A stretch of DNA of 64,000 nucleotides from a candidate division Zixibacteria bacterium HGW-Zixibacteria-1. Lineage in GTDB: Bacteria > Zixibacteria > MSB-5A5 > GN15 > PGXB01. Both the position numbers and the translations under genes were made by a program. Position 1 is the stretch's first letter, and each line of letters opens with the position of its first letter. Shown one piece after another: positions 39,701 to 46,824 of the stretch. The notes under the pieces are model-generated. The model was not told the DNA's origin and did not search any database. It saw nothing but the letters and a program-made list of their open reading frames with translations. The stretch lies in contig PGXB01000017.1 of assembly GCA_002838945.1 (NCBI GenBank), forward strand, positions 1,185 to 65,184, written 5' to 3'.

Positions 39701-41273
39701 TGTCGAGGTGACTGACGGTTGTTCGACGGATCTCCAATCCTTCCTTGTGACCATATTTACCTCGCCGCTTTGCTCCGTCTGTGTGGATATTTCGATTGAA
39801 GTCGATTCCTGTCATGTGGTCGGATCCAATGTCCCCGTGAGAATCATGGCCGAAACTCGTAATCCAATAGGCGGTTTTGACCTGCTGATCGGATACGATG
39901 CTTCCGTGCTTTCGTTTACGTATGCGGTTCAGGGTGATGATATTGATCAGTGGGAATATTTCACTTACCGGCTGATTACCGACGCCACCTGCGGTTCAAG
40001 TTGCCCGTCCGGTCTGGTAAGGCTGGTCGGTATTGCCGACCAAAATAACGGGCCATATCACCCGCCGACGGAACAGCTTTCACCGAATGGAATTCTATCG
40101 GTCATAGGGTTGCGTATCGCCAACAATCAGAATCTTGGCGGTCAGTATCTGCCAATCAACTTCTACTGGATTGATTGCGGCGATAATTCGCTGGCCAATC
40201 CGATCGGTGACCAGTTGTACATTGATTCCAGGATATATAACAGTTCCGGCGGTATGTTGTGGGATGAATTCGCTGACAATCAGTATCCCGAGACATCTCG
40301 TCCACTTGGTCTGGGTGCTCCCGACGAGTGCCTTGAGGGTGACAAGACTGCCCCTATAAGATGTGTTTATTTCCATAATGGCGGCATCTGTGTTACGCAT
40401 CCGGACTCGATCGACGCCCGCGGTGATGTTAACCTGAACGGCGTGGCCTATGAAATCGCTGATGCGGTAGTCTTCACCAACTATTTCATCTATGGGGTCT
40501 CGGCCTTCACGACAAATATAGCCGGACAGACTGCGGCCACCGATGTCAATGCCGACGGCTTTACTCTGACCGTGGCCGATCTGGTCTACCTGGTACGCGT
40601 AATTATAGGCGATGCTTCGGCGATTCCGAAAGTATCTCCCAGTATGCTTGAGGTTGATTTGACGGTTACCGAAAGAAATAACAAACTCTCGATCGCGGCC
40701 GAAAGTGAATGCCCGGTCGGAGCGGTCCTGCTCGTCTTTGAATACGACGGCGTGATTCCTGAAATGCCTATTTTAGGCAATATGGCCAATGATATGAGAA
40801 TGGCTTACAGAATAGGCGATAATGAAATACGCGTCCTGATCTACAGCTTCGATAAAGGCCAGGCAATTGAAGCGGGTGAAGGAGAGATTATATCGATCAA
40901 TTACAGCGGCAAGGGACATATTTCGCTGGTGGAAACGGCCATGGCCAGCTATCACGGTGATATTATAAGGACAAGCAAAATCGAAGACCTGCTGCCGTCG
41001 ACATTCTCCGTCAGCCAGAACTATCCCAACCCGTTCAATCCGGCAACATCGATTGACCTATCACTGCCGGTTGCCTGTCACTGGGAGTTGAACATATATA
41101 ATATCAACGGCCAGCTCGTCAGAGGGTTTGACGGCGAGGCCCAGCCCGGAATCGTCACTGTAACATGGGATGGACGGAACGATGGCGGCCAGATGGCGGC
41201 ATCGGGAGTGTATTTCTATAAAGTGCAGGCCGGAGAGTTTACGGCCAAAAAGAAAATGACCCTGCTCAAATAA
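30798..41273 (+). CDS. giant (about 3,491 aa) Cys-rich Ig-like-repeat surface protein with cohesin-like and dockerin-like modules and a T9SS C-terminal sorting domain
   Basis: Uninterrupted ORF. GGAGGA RBS precedes ATG 30798, followed by the signal peptide MIRPKLLLRLVVSLIFLSTAIVVNALG. I hand-count about 34 modules of roughly 85 aa. It ends QNYPNPFNPATSIDL...GVYFYKVQAGEFTAKKKMTLLK. Confidence 0.85.
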   Translation: MIRPKLLLRLVVSLIFLSTAIVVNALGETNSPQLNFSESDQSPGGDYFGAESDYITLAQIEIEPEAITGQTAEDGAISDCPDCPPDSKPYFVNFTAIDSISLCEGQSIYDTFVVVDSNLNQKVTVELLAGPGTLVSTTSHPPVKAYYEFTPETDGSFEITLLAYDSNGDSTIVTKTYQVFANLKPIITSGDTTFFNCFGGKYYHYDIDAYDPDSSTYLRFRLLSHLGTINFYTGELQFWADQPGQYCFLVEVADNCGADTAEICVDIVFNSTPILNNPDQVFHICAPDSICFDIFATDPDGENVIITQLSGPGAFNMTSDTSGQTCFLPEYVDSADYVFIYQAVDSCLSVKCSEGELSCPPIPLDTVIITVIRGETAFLACPNDTSLFICQPDTLCFPLGELPEGAIVTVDPPSAWYDALNGTVCFYTNCTVKKDIKVVVESICGMDSCMFGVNVTMNSAPLVIAAPDTAMSLCDPDEICFAVGISDVDDNITQITVTPSGIYNSITGEVCFTPVGAGTSTIIITAIDDCGAIDADSINIDVTLNSKPTVTATTDTAVYFCNIEEICIPVEISDADDDIVGVSVSPSGYYDSEKGVVCFTPDSSGTFAITVKAADICGSEGMATINVTVGLDNPPVVISADDSTVFLCELEQICFPVNITDHENNITAINVYGDGRYVNGFVCFTPTQFGDYTFIIQAEDECGNRGSDTTIINVTVNSAPTVEMESSLEVFQCVFEQICIDVNVFDIDDNLTGISTDFGSYDAENRVVCFTPSAAGTYMITVTATDECYASGKDVIFVTVVSGEGASIVCPDGPISKSLCGAQTICYPLEVTPDEVVLSTSYGSITDSSRLCFTADTAGTYIIKIIADAACGSDTCELVFNVDMGEIPEISCPADTAVSLCGADAICLPIEISPASANITVSPAGYYENGSICFDVDSSGHYEITIVADNDCGADTCSFAVEVSFNGAPDIISGDTAMFICEPSIINYPVIANDFESDPITYSLVSGPGSINPETGLISLNAESSGKYCFAVAASDFCGSDTVEICITVAINSAPVVVSPEDFQIKLCQPSPQCFPVDITDIDDNISGMTVSKGSYSHKYVCFTPDTSGIYQFVITATDSCGASDADTTIVEVILNTAPVVTSAPDFDTMLCDLGEICVDVDIFDAEDNIQSISSYTGYYNIETKQVCFSPEIEGIYYIITTVSDSCFSSDVDTTIVTVTLDQSPAITCPFDPANIRICQAQDFCFPIEISPSSALVTTSYGAYSDGQLCFMADSSGMYVIMITAETSCGTDTCYAAFDVVIGETPQLTCPADTTIELCAPEKICLPVSMTPSNASINVSPGGYYENGSICFDAETSGHHEFLVTLENDCGTDSCSFAVDVVLQGTPIIVAEDTSMFICKPGTIEYQINLTENGNNPTAFTLIAGAGEVNSQSGLLNFAADTSGLYCFTVAAANDCGADTADFCIDITLNSRPVVISAEDFQINLCKPSPQCFPVSVSDFDGNIAGISVNTGAYSHGYVCFTPYTSGQYTFIITATDSCGATAMDTTVINVVMNTTPIVVSAPDIDTFLCSLDDICVDVEIIDAEGNIKSITNNIGQFNFETNQICFTPDGEGTYYLVTTAVDSCGKSDADTTIVNVTMGEGASITCPIDPADVFLCQPQEFCFPLEITAQSVSTSYGSYSAGQLCFYADSSGTYVIEVIATTECGSDTCYVTFNISLGETVSITCPPDTSMTICGPETICLPVMVSPVNAAVTVSPFGTYQEGHVCLDIEQAGNYEFTLTAQTDCSLDSCSFAVNAQFNRAPELIASDTSIYNCSLAETYQYQVRASDFENDIINFDLISPIGNINPTTGLITFSADSAGTYCFNVVASDACGADTATICIALDLNSPPVVIAANDTTVITCDYSEICIPVDAYDSDGNLDAVTSNSGSYADGLVCFSADGAGVYAIIVTAVDICGATDVDTAIVTVVEGQSLSLQCPPDTSIFICNPDTLCIPVDGIPEGAIVTVNPQSAWYDASQQTVCFYTNCSVEKDLKIIARTDCAVDSCTFSVNVTMNSAPLAIMQPDTVLSLCAPKTICLAVGISDVDDNIIAVEVSPGAAYNEITGTVCFTPNIGGKHVIKVRAVDACGMYDLDSTVVTVNFNSIPQVIVPSEYDAFVCEIDEVCFPVEIIDANNNITNISVSPSGQYDPATGEVCFTPEADGTYRIVITATDACGYIASDTTSVNVIMNRPPVITAADTTVFSCSRITVCVPINAQDPDGNLSKTTVTGAGYYGGYACFSTSVSGIRQLIIKAVDSCGAIDMDTIYVNTIINSAPLVISGPDTLVFQCVFSDICIDVDISDIDYNITTIETNYGSYDALSHTVCFTPTEAGTYEIITTVHDACGLVSEDRTIVTVETVAPPQIDCPFEPVAKYLCGPGLVCYELGVSPANTIVTTSYGNFENGNLCFQADTAGIYVINVTAETACGNDECALTFNVVIGEDAVVSCPADTAIFLCGAGQICLPVAASPEYAQITVSPTGAYSDGMVCFSADTAGTYRLLVVAATDCGSDSCTIRVDVEFNAAPVVNAGNDTTYFQCDLQEICHKINIVDSDNSIDSIKVMPFGTYSELTGSVCFMPPDTGLYCFTVTAYDECGATDSDEFCVTITTGPAADIQCPTAPIYKRICDPGDICVPLTITPASANITVSFGHYSNGSLCFYADTAGLYNIRVIASDICGADTCNVAVNAAFDAYVSIGCPSLPVSVSLCQPDTVSILVPITPSSASLTIQPAGIYNFQTKMLKFFADTSGHYVIKVIAGTPCSIDTCVIEADVSLYQVPQITCPGNIDTLICLSETSEICFPAGVVGAEVTIKILPAGSYSGGMVCIPVTSAGLHRVTIIASSQCGADTCITNVNVRANAAPVLTVPADIVVPWCDDETEPLCIDGIFAKDNNGDALTITKVCGMGTYTPIRADSGIICFDPPNIDSTYEFCVEVTDGCSTDLQSFLVTIFTSPLCSVCVDISIEVDSCHVVGSNVPVRIMAETRNPIGGFDLLIGYDASVLSFTYAVQGDDIDQWEYFTYRLITDATCGSSCPSGLVRLVGIADQNNGPYHPPTEQLSPNGILSVIGLRIANNQNLGGQYLPINFYWIDCGDNSLANPIGDQLYIDSRIYNSSGGMLWDEFADNQYPETSRPLGLGAPDECLEGDKTAPIRCVYFHNGGICVTHPDSIDARGDVNLNGVAYEIADAVVFTNYFIYGVSAFTTNIAGQTAATDVNADGFTLTVADLVYLVRVIIGDASAIPKVSPSMLEVDLTVTERNNKLSIAAESECPVGAVLLVFEYDGVIPEMPILGNMANDMRMAYRIGDNEIRVLIYSFDKGQAIEAGEGEIISINYSGKGHISLVETAMASYHGDIIRTSKIEDLLPSTFSVSQNYPNPFNPATSIDLSLPVACHWELNIYNINGQLVRGFDGEAQPGIVTVTWDGRNDGGQMAASGVYFYKVQAGEFTAKKKMTLLK
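31917..33690 (+). repeat. left copy of a dispersed intragenic duplication of about 1.77 kb (7 modules: B-like, A, A, A, A, B1, B2)
   Basis: It is collinear, module by module, with 36705-38475. Example: ...CPNDTSLFICQPDTLCFPLGELPEGAIVTVDPPSAWYDALNGTVCFYTNC versus ...CPPDTSIFICNPDTLCIPVDGIPEGAIVTVNPQSAWYDASQQTVCFYTNC. End coordinates are approximate. Confidence 0.75.
33201..36704 (+). repeat. in-frame higher-order tandem repeat: supermodule B1-B2-C-A-A of about 1.25 kb (about 418 aa), 2 full copies plus a third lacking the last A
   Basis: Equivalent positions (9 codons before the first Cys of B1) fall at 33201, 34458 and 35712, giving periods of 1257 and 1254 nt. Copies are diverged but clearly alignable by eye. 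Confidence 0.75.
36705..38475 (+). repeat. right copy of the dispersed intragenic duplication of about 1.77 kb
   Basis: Same 7-module order as 31917-33690, offset by about 4.79 kb. Nearly identical length (1771 versus 1774 nt by my boundaries). Confidence 0.75.
39777..40180 (+). other. cohesin-like module within the giant protein
   Basis: VCVDISIEVDSCHVVGSNVPVRIMAETRNPIGGFDLLIGYDASVLSFTYAVQGD matches the cohesin-type signature (x-G-F-x-L-x-x-x-Y-D-x-x-x-L) by eye. Confidence 0.45.
40425..40610 (+). other. dockerin-like duplicated Ca-binding segment within the giant protein
   Basis: Two EF-hand-like repeats: DVNLNGVAYEIADAVVFTNYFI and DVNADGFTLTVADLVYLVRVIIG. Confidence 0.55.
40992..41270 (+). 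other. T9SS type-A C-terminal sorting domain of the giant protein
   Basis: LPSTFSVSQNYPNPFNPATSIDLSLP...VTWDGRNDGGQMAASGVYFYKVQAGEFTAKKKMTLLK. Confidence 0.8.
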
Positions 41274-41308
41274 ATCTGACTATTGCGGTACATATTTCCT
41301 TCAAAGGA

Positions 41309-41340
41309 GAGTCGGTCGATCATCGACCGGCTCTTTCTTT
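41309..41340 (+). terminator. hairpin terminator between the convergent giant gene and rlmH
   Basis: GAGTCGGTCGA-TCA-TCGACCGGCTC (11-bp stem with one G-U pair), followed by TTTCTTTATTT. Confidence 0.55.
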
Positions 41341-41809
41341 ATTTATGATAAGATCCGCCGGCCAGGATTGAAAAGCCGCGATAAAGCTGCTCCAGCAATA
41401 CCGGGCGAACCAGTTGGTGCGACATGGTCATAGGGGAGAGGGACAGCACTGATTGACAGTTGTCGATGAATTGGCTCGACAGGCCATAGACACCGCCGAT
41501 TATAAAATCGGCCGATCCGCGAGAATCACGCTCAAGCCGGGACAGAAATTCCGCAAATTTCTCCGAATTAAATGAACGGCCCTTATCGGACAGGGCAATG
41601 ATGTAATCCGATTTCAAATTTTTCTCAAATATAACTTGCTCCCTGTCGATCAGTTCCGCCTTACTCAGGCTTTTTGAATTCTTGACGTCGGGAAGGTAAT
41701 AAATTTGAATATCAGCGTATTTCTTAAGAAGCTTCAAATAATGCGCGACCGCTTCATCAACCCATTTGTCTTTATTCTTGCCGAGAGTAGTGATATTAAT
41801 GCGAAACAT
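41339..41809 (-). CDS. rlmH: 23S rRNA (pseudouridine1915-N3)-methyltransferase
   Basis: 156-aa SPOUT protein with N-terminus MFRINITTLGKNKDKWVDEAVAHYLKLL. It ends GGSYHK. Confidence 0.9.
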   Translation of the reverse strand: MFRINITTLGKNKDKWVDEAVAHYLKLLKKYADIQIYYLPDVKNSKSLSKAELIDREQVIFEKNLKSDYIIALSDKGRSFNSEKFAEFLSRLERDSRGSADFIIGGVYGLSSQFIDNCQSVLSLSPMTMSHQLVRPVLLEQLYRGFSILAGGSYHK

Positions 41810-42210
41810 TAACCTTCAACAGCCTTAAGATGTAATTTGCGGGTTCGCGGTCCGTCGAATTCGCAGAAATAGATGCCCTGCCATGTCCCCAGCAACAGTT
41901 TTCCATCAGAAATTATCAATTGCAGCGATGGTCCAAGCAGAGAAGATTTGACATGGGCATCGGAGTTTCCCTCACCATGATGATATCCATCATTCTGAGG
42001 AATTTCCTTATTTAATTTATATAAGATGTCTCTCTTGACATCGGGATCGGCGTTTTCGTTGATGGTCACGGCTGCGGTAGTATGCGAAACATACAGGAAG
42101 AGGATGCCTTCTTCAATGCCGGTTTTTCTGACAAAATCCTGCACTGTATTTGTGACATCGATCAGTTCTTCACGCTGATGCGTCTTGACCTGAATCTGCT
42201 CAACTTTCAA
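41809..42210 (-). CDS. yjbQ: YjbQ/UPF0047-family protein (secondary thiamine-phosphate synthase family)
   Basis: SHTTAAVTINENADPDVKRD and GNSDAHVKSSLLG motifs. I prefer TTG 42210, which has GGAGG 6 nt upstream. ATG 42225 is the alternative; the ORF track extends to 42315. Its stop overlaps the rlmH ATG (TAATG). Confidence 0.8.
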   Translation of the reverse strand: MKVEQIQVKTHQREELIDVTNTVQDFVRKTGIEEGILFLYVSHTTAAVTINENADPDVKRDILYKLNKEIPQNDGYHHGEGNSDAHVKSSLLGPSLQLIISDGKLLLGTWQGIYFCEFDGPRTRKLHLKAVEG

Positions 42211-43117
42211 AAAGGGCCTCCACATACTCCTGGGCATCAAAGGGCTGCAAATCCTCGATTTTTTCACCGATCCCGATAAAATCGACCGGTACCGACAGCT
42301 CCTCGGCAATGGCAATCATTATGCCGCCCTTGGCCGTCCCGTCAAGCTTGGTAACAATCAGGCCGTCACATCCCACCGCTTCAGTAAAAACCTTGACCTG
42401 TGAAACGGCATTCTGCCCGGTCGTGCCGTCTATGATCAGCTTTGAATAAATATGCTCTGAGGGAATAACTTTCTCGGTTACGCGCCTGATTTTCTTCAGC
42501 TCTTCCATTAAATTCGCTTTGGTATGAAGCCGCCCGGCGGTATCGATTATCAGCAGGTCAATACCTCGGTTTTTGGCGGCGGTGGCGGCGTCAAAAGCGA
42601 CAGCTGCCGGATCGGCCCCGGCATGAGCTTTGACAAAATCCACTCCGGAGCGTTCGGCCCAGATGCCGAGCTGCTCAACCGCGGCTGCCCGAAAAGTATC
42701 GCAGGCGGCAATCATAACGGACTTTCCGTCTGCTTTGAAGTATTGGGCAAGCTTGCCGACCGTAGTGGTCTTACCGGTTCCATTAACTCCCGTGATAAGC
42801 CAGACCGCCGGTTTATATCCATTATCAAGCAGCGTACCTTTCCGGTTTTTTACCAGAATCCCAGTCATTTCCTGTTTCAGCAGGCGAAAGACTTCATCTG
42901 AGTCGACTATCCGCTCCGCCCGAGCCTGCTCACGAAGATTCTCGATTATTTTATCGGTGGCACCAACGCCAATGTCGGCCTTAAGCAGGATTTCTTCTAT
43001 TTCATCGATCAAATCGTCATCGATTTTTCGCCCGCTCACAAGGCGCCCGATTTTACCAAAAATATTGTCCCTGGTCTTGGACAGAGATTCCTTGAGCTTT
43101 TTTATTTTCGAAAACAT
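42200..43117 (-). CDS. ftsY: signal recognition particle receptor
   Basis: GVNGTGKTTTVGKLA, DTAGRLH and TKLDGTAKGG motifs. Confidence 0.93.
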   Translation of the reverse strand: MFSKIKKLKESLSKTRDNIFGKIGRLVSGRKIDDDLIDEIEEILLKADIGVGATDKIIENLREQARAERIVDSDEVFRLLKQEMTGILVKNRKGTLLDNGYKPAVWLITGVNGTGKTTTVGKLAQYFKADGKSVMIAACDTFRAAAVEQLGIWAERSGVDFVKAHAGADPAAVAFDAATAAKNRGIDLLIIDTAGRLHTKANLMEELKKIRRVTEKVIPSEHIYSKLIIDGTTGQNAVSQVKVFTEAVGCDGLIVTKLDGTAKGGIMIAIAEELSVPVDFIGIGEKIEDLQPFDAQEYVEALFES

Positions 43118-43134
43118 ATATTATTGATACGTCT

Positions 43135-46100
43135 CTACTCGGTATCCGGACTGTCGACCGGCTGAATATTTATTCTGGGGGTCATTCTCTCTATAACCGA
43201 TTCCGGCAAGTCATTTCTTACCGGCCTCATGCCGTCACCAACAGCAGTATCGATAAGATGATCGTCATCCTCATCTTCATTAAAGCGGACCGAGACCACT
43301 TTTGAGACACCGGGCTGTTCCATGGTTATGCCGTAAAGAATGTCGGCGGCCTCCATGGTAATCTTATTGTGGGTGATGATGATAAACTGCGTCTGTTCCG
43401 AGAAAGTCTTGATGATTCTCAGGAAACGATGAATATTGGCATCATCCAGCGGCGCGTCGATTTCGTCCAAAATACAGAACGGGGACGGTTTGACCAGATA
43501 GATCGCAAACAAAAGGGATATCGCCGTCAGGGCTCGTTCGCCGCCGGACATCTGCGCTATTGACAGAAGCTTTTTGCCGCGCGGGCGGGCAATAATCTCA
43601 ATCGGAGATTCCAGAGGATCATCTTCATTGATCATGCGAACATCGGCTTCACCTCCGGTGAAAAGTTCCTCAAAGACCTGCTTGAAGTTCTCCCGAACCT
43701 TTTCGAATGTCTCCAGAAAAAGTCGGCGCGCCGTTTGGTTGATTTTCGATATGGTTGACTGGAGAGTGGACTTGGCATTGAGAAGATCTTCCATCTGGGT
43801 CGTCAGAAACTCCTGGCGTTCTCTGGCGATATCGAATTCTTCGAGGGCCAGGAGGTTGACAGCGCCGAATTCTTTCAATCTTTCTTTGAGTTCCTGCATC
43901 CGCCTGGTCCGCTCTTCAGGCGGCACTTCCGTGGATGGCGGCTGAACGGAAGTTTCCTCTATTTCAATATCATATTCTTCTTTCATGTTATGAACGATAT
44001 TGCGCAGTTCCGATTCAATTTCCGCTATTCTGATCTCGATCGAATGCAGATTGTTGCTGGATTCCTCGCGGGAGTGACGAAGAGCCTTTATCTCTTTCTC
44101 TCGGGAATCGAGTTCCTCCTCTATAACGGTATGTTGATCGCGAACGGCCGATTGCTGGCTGCTGATTGCGGAACGGGAATCAAAAGTCTCCTTTAGACTT
44201 TTTTCCAGTTCGATTATCCGTCCGGCGGCGGTGTCGATATCACTTTCGGCCCTGATGATTTCTTCCGCTTTCGTCTGGCTGTTGGAATCGATTTCAGCAA
44301 TAAGTTCATACGTATGCCTGATCTGGCTTTCAAGCTGTTCGTGACGACTCTTGAGCTCAATCTGATTAATCTGCAGATTCGAGTATTTGGATTCCGCTTC
44401 CTGAGAAGTCTTTTCGAGTTCGACGGTTTTGGCATCATGCTCTTCGAAGGCTTTAATCAACCCGTCTTTTTCCCTGGCCAATTGATCATAATTAAGGTTA
44501 AGACTGAATTGACGGCTGTTCAGCGCTTCAAGTTTTGTGGTCGATTCACTGATTTGTTTATTAAGCCTTGCGAGATCATTTTCCATCGATTGATATTCAT
44601 ATTGATTGGCGGTGGACTCCCTCTCTGTTGCCTCTATTTCCTCCTTAAGATTTTCCTGCCTGTCAATAACCGACCTTAATTCCGCCTGTCTTGCTCCGAG
44701 TGAAGAGGTTATGCGATTTCGCGATTCCCTGGCCAGATTGAGTTTCGATCTGATTTCATTTGTAGCCTGGTCCTGTTGATCGATTTTTTCTTTTCGGCCC
44801 AGCAGGGATAAACCTTCACGGGCGCCGCCGGATATTATTGCCTTTCCGTCAAATCTCCGGCCATCGGTCGTTACCGCAGCGAAATAGGGGGGAAGTTGAT
44901 TGACGATACTATTCGTATTCTCAGATTTAATTATGGCTACTCTGGACAGAAGCAATCTGGACAGGGTTTTGAGTTCCTCGGGTACTATTACGAACTCATC
45001 GGCCCAGCCAAGAAAACCGTCGCCGTTTAATACCGGGCGAGTCGTTTCGCCGACTGCCTCGACGCCTGAGGTTATCAGTAATCCGGCTTTCCCTTTGCTT
45101 TCATTCTTAAGGTATTCAATAATTCCTTCTGCGGTTGACCGGTCGCGGCACAGCATAAAACCGGCGATTTCTCCAAGAGCAGCTTCGATCGCTTCATCAA
45201 ACCCCTCTTTGGGTATCAGGCTGTCAGCGACTGTCCCCATCAAACCGGGCCAGCGCTCTTTATCTTCCATAACCGCCACAACACCGGAGCTGAAACCTTC
45301 GTAATGAGTGACCATTTCTTTCAAAAGATGGCTGCGGGCCTCGGCAGCTTCCAGCGATGCCGTCAGATCGAAGATCTCTCCGGATACCTCATCAAGCTGC
45401 TGATCAAGATCCGTAATCTCTTTCTCGAGATTTTCCCGCTTTGTCTGCGATTCGCCGGCGCTTGCTTTCAGTTCGACAAGTTTATTTTCAATAATCGATT
45501 TTTTCTCGATTAATTGTTCTTTCAGGCGCAAAATTTCATTTTTCTGCTGTTGAAAGGCGGCGAGATTCGAGTCTATTTCGGTCTTTTGTTCCTTGATATT
45601 GCTGTCATCCGTTTTACCAGCCGACAGGCGGCTTTCCAGGGACATGAGCTGCTGCCCGAGACTTTCCCGGGCGCGACGGGCATTCAATATCAAATCATCG
45701 GCCTGAGCAAGGTTCTGCTCGGCCTCTTTTATATCCGCTTCAACCCGGACCAGTTCTTCATCCAAACTTTTAAGATCATCTTCGGTCTGCCCGATCTGCT
45801 CCAGAAGAATTTCCCCGCGTTTTTTGTAGGCCTCGATATCGAGCCGATTTTTCTCGATCAATTGCCGCGAATTATCGCGCCTTTCCCTCAGAACCGTAAT
45901 CTCTTTTTCGATCGAATGGGCCGCCTCGGACTTCTCATATATCCGGTTGGATAATTCCGAAAGCTCCCGGTCTATGTCGGTCAATTTTTTCCGTTCTTCT
46001 TCCTGCCGGGCCGACAGGGAATTAATATTGGTATCCAGTTTAATCTTGGAGTCGGAAAGGTTGTCGCGTTCGCTCAACAGGCGTCGCTTTTCAAGCTGGA

Positions 46101-46809
46101 GTTCACCGACCGCATTCTTGCCGAGATATATTTCCCATCCTTTTAATTCTTCCGAAAGGCTTTTGTATTTTTGCGCCTTATTCATCTGTCGGTGAAGAGA
46201 GTTGACCTGGGAATTGACCTCGGCCACAATATCCTTAAGGCGGAGGAGATCACCCTCTGTCGCCTCCAGCTTGCGCACAGCGGCCTTTTTACGATTTTTG
46301 TACTTGGAAATGCCGGCCGCTTCTTCAAAAAGAAAACGCCGCTCATCGGCTTTGTCGGACAGTATGGCCTCAATCATATCCTGCTGAATAACCGAATATA
46401 TGTGGGAGCCGACGCCCGTATCCATCAAAAGATCGGAAATGTCTTTCAGGCGGCAGGGGACCTTGTTAAGGAGGTACTCGGATTCGCCGGAACGAAACAG
46501 CCGGCGCGTAATCTGGACCTCGGAATATTCGGTCGGGAGGACCCCGCGGTTATTTTGAATGACCAGCGTTACTTCAGCCATGCCGAGCGGTTTGACATCA
46601 TGGGTGCCGTTAAAAATTATTTCTTCCATTTTGCTGCCGCGCAGCAGAGATACTCGCTGCTCGCCCAGAACCCAGCGTATGGAATCAAGTATATTTGTCT
46701 TGCCACATCCGTTTGGTCCGACAATCGAGGTAACTCCGGGAGTAAACTTAATAATAGTCTTATCCGGAAATGATTTAAAACCGAGAAGCTCCAGTCTTTT
46801 TAGATACAC
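43135..46809 (-). CDS. smc: chromosome segregation protein SMC
   Basis: N-terminus MYLKRLELLGFKSF...GPNGCGKTNILDSIRWVLGEQ, long coiled coils, a hinge, and C-terminal LSGGERALTAISLLFAI...LDEIDAPLD. Confidence 0.95.
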   Translation of the reverse strand: MYLKRLELLGFKSFPDKTIIKFTPGVTSIVGPNGCGKTNILDSIRWVLGEQRVSLLRGSKMEEIIFNGTHDVKPLGMAEVTLVIQNNRGVLPTEYSEVQITRRLFRSGESEYLLNKVPCRLKDISDLLMDTGVGSHIYSVIQQDMIEAILSDKADERRFLFEEAAGISKYKNRKKAAVRKLEATEGDLLRLKDIVAEVNSQVNSLHRQMNKAQKYKSLSEELKGWEIYLGKNAVGELQLEKRRLLSERDNLSDSKIKLDTNINSLSARQEEERKKLTDIDRELSELSNRIYEKSEAAHSIEKEITVLRERRDNSRQLIEKNRLDIEAYKKRGEILLEQIGQTEDDLKSLDEELVRVEADIKEAEQNLAQADDLILNARRARESLGQQLMSLESRLSAGKTDDSNIKEQKTEIDSNLAAFQQQKNEILRLKEQLIEKKSIIENKLVELKASAGESQTKRENLEKEITDLDQQLDEVSGEIFDLTASLEAAEARSHLLKEMVTHYEGFSSGVVAVMEDKERWPGLMGTVADSLIPKEGFDEAIEAALGEIAGFMLCRDRSTAEGIIEYLKNESKGKAGLLITSGVEAVGETTRPVLNGDGFLGWADEFVIVPEELKTLSRLLLSRVAIIKSENTNSIVNQLPPYFAAVTTDGRRFDGKAIISGGAREGLSLLGRKEKIDQQDQATNEIRSKLNLARESRNRITSSLGARQAELRSVIDRQENLKEEIEATERESTANQYEYQSMENDLARLNKQISESTTKLEALNSRQFSLNLNYDQLAREKDGLIKAFEEHDAKTVELEKTSQEAESKYSNLQINQIELKSRHEQLESQIRHTYELIAEIDSNSQTKAEEIIRAESDIDTAAGRIIELEKSLKETFDSRSAISSQQSAVRDQHTVIEEELDSREKEIKALRHSREESSNNLHSIEIRIAEIESELRNIVHNMKEEYDIEIEETSVQPPSTEVPPEERTRRMQELKERLKEFGAVNLLALEEFDIARERQEFLTTQMEDLLNAKSTLQSTISKINQTARRLFLETFEKVRENFKQVFEELFTGGEADVRMINEDDPLESPIEIIARPRGKKLLSIAQMSGGERALTAISLLFAIYLVKPSPFCILDEIDAPLDDANIHRFLRIIKTFSEQTQFIIITHNKITMEAADILYGITMEQPGVSKVVSVRFNEDEDDDHLIDTAVGDGMRPVRNDLPESVIERMTPRINIQPVDSPDTE

Positions 46810-46824
46810 TACTCCTCCGGAAAA

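Noticed and set aside
31900-39760. Strong periodicity of about 255 nt that could superficially suggest a repeat array or CRISPR-like structure.
   Set aside because: The periodicity is entirely in-frame inside one long ORF. The units are diverged protein modules, and there are no short identical direct repeats with unique spacers.
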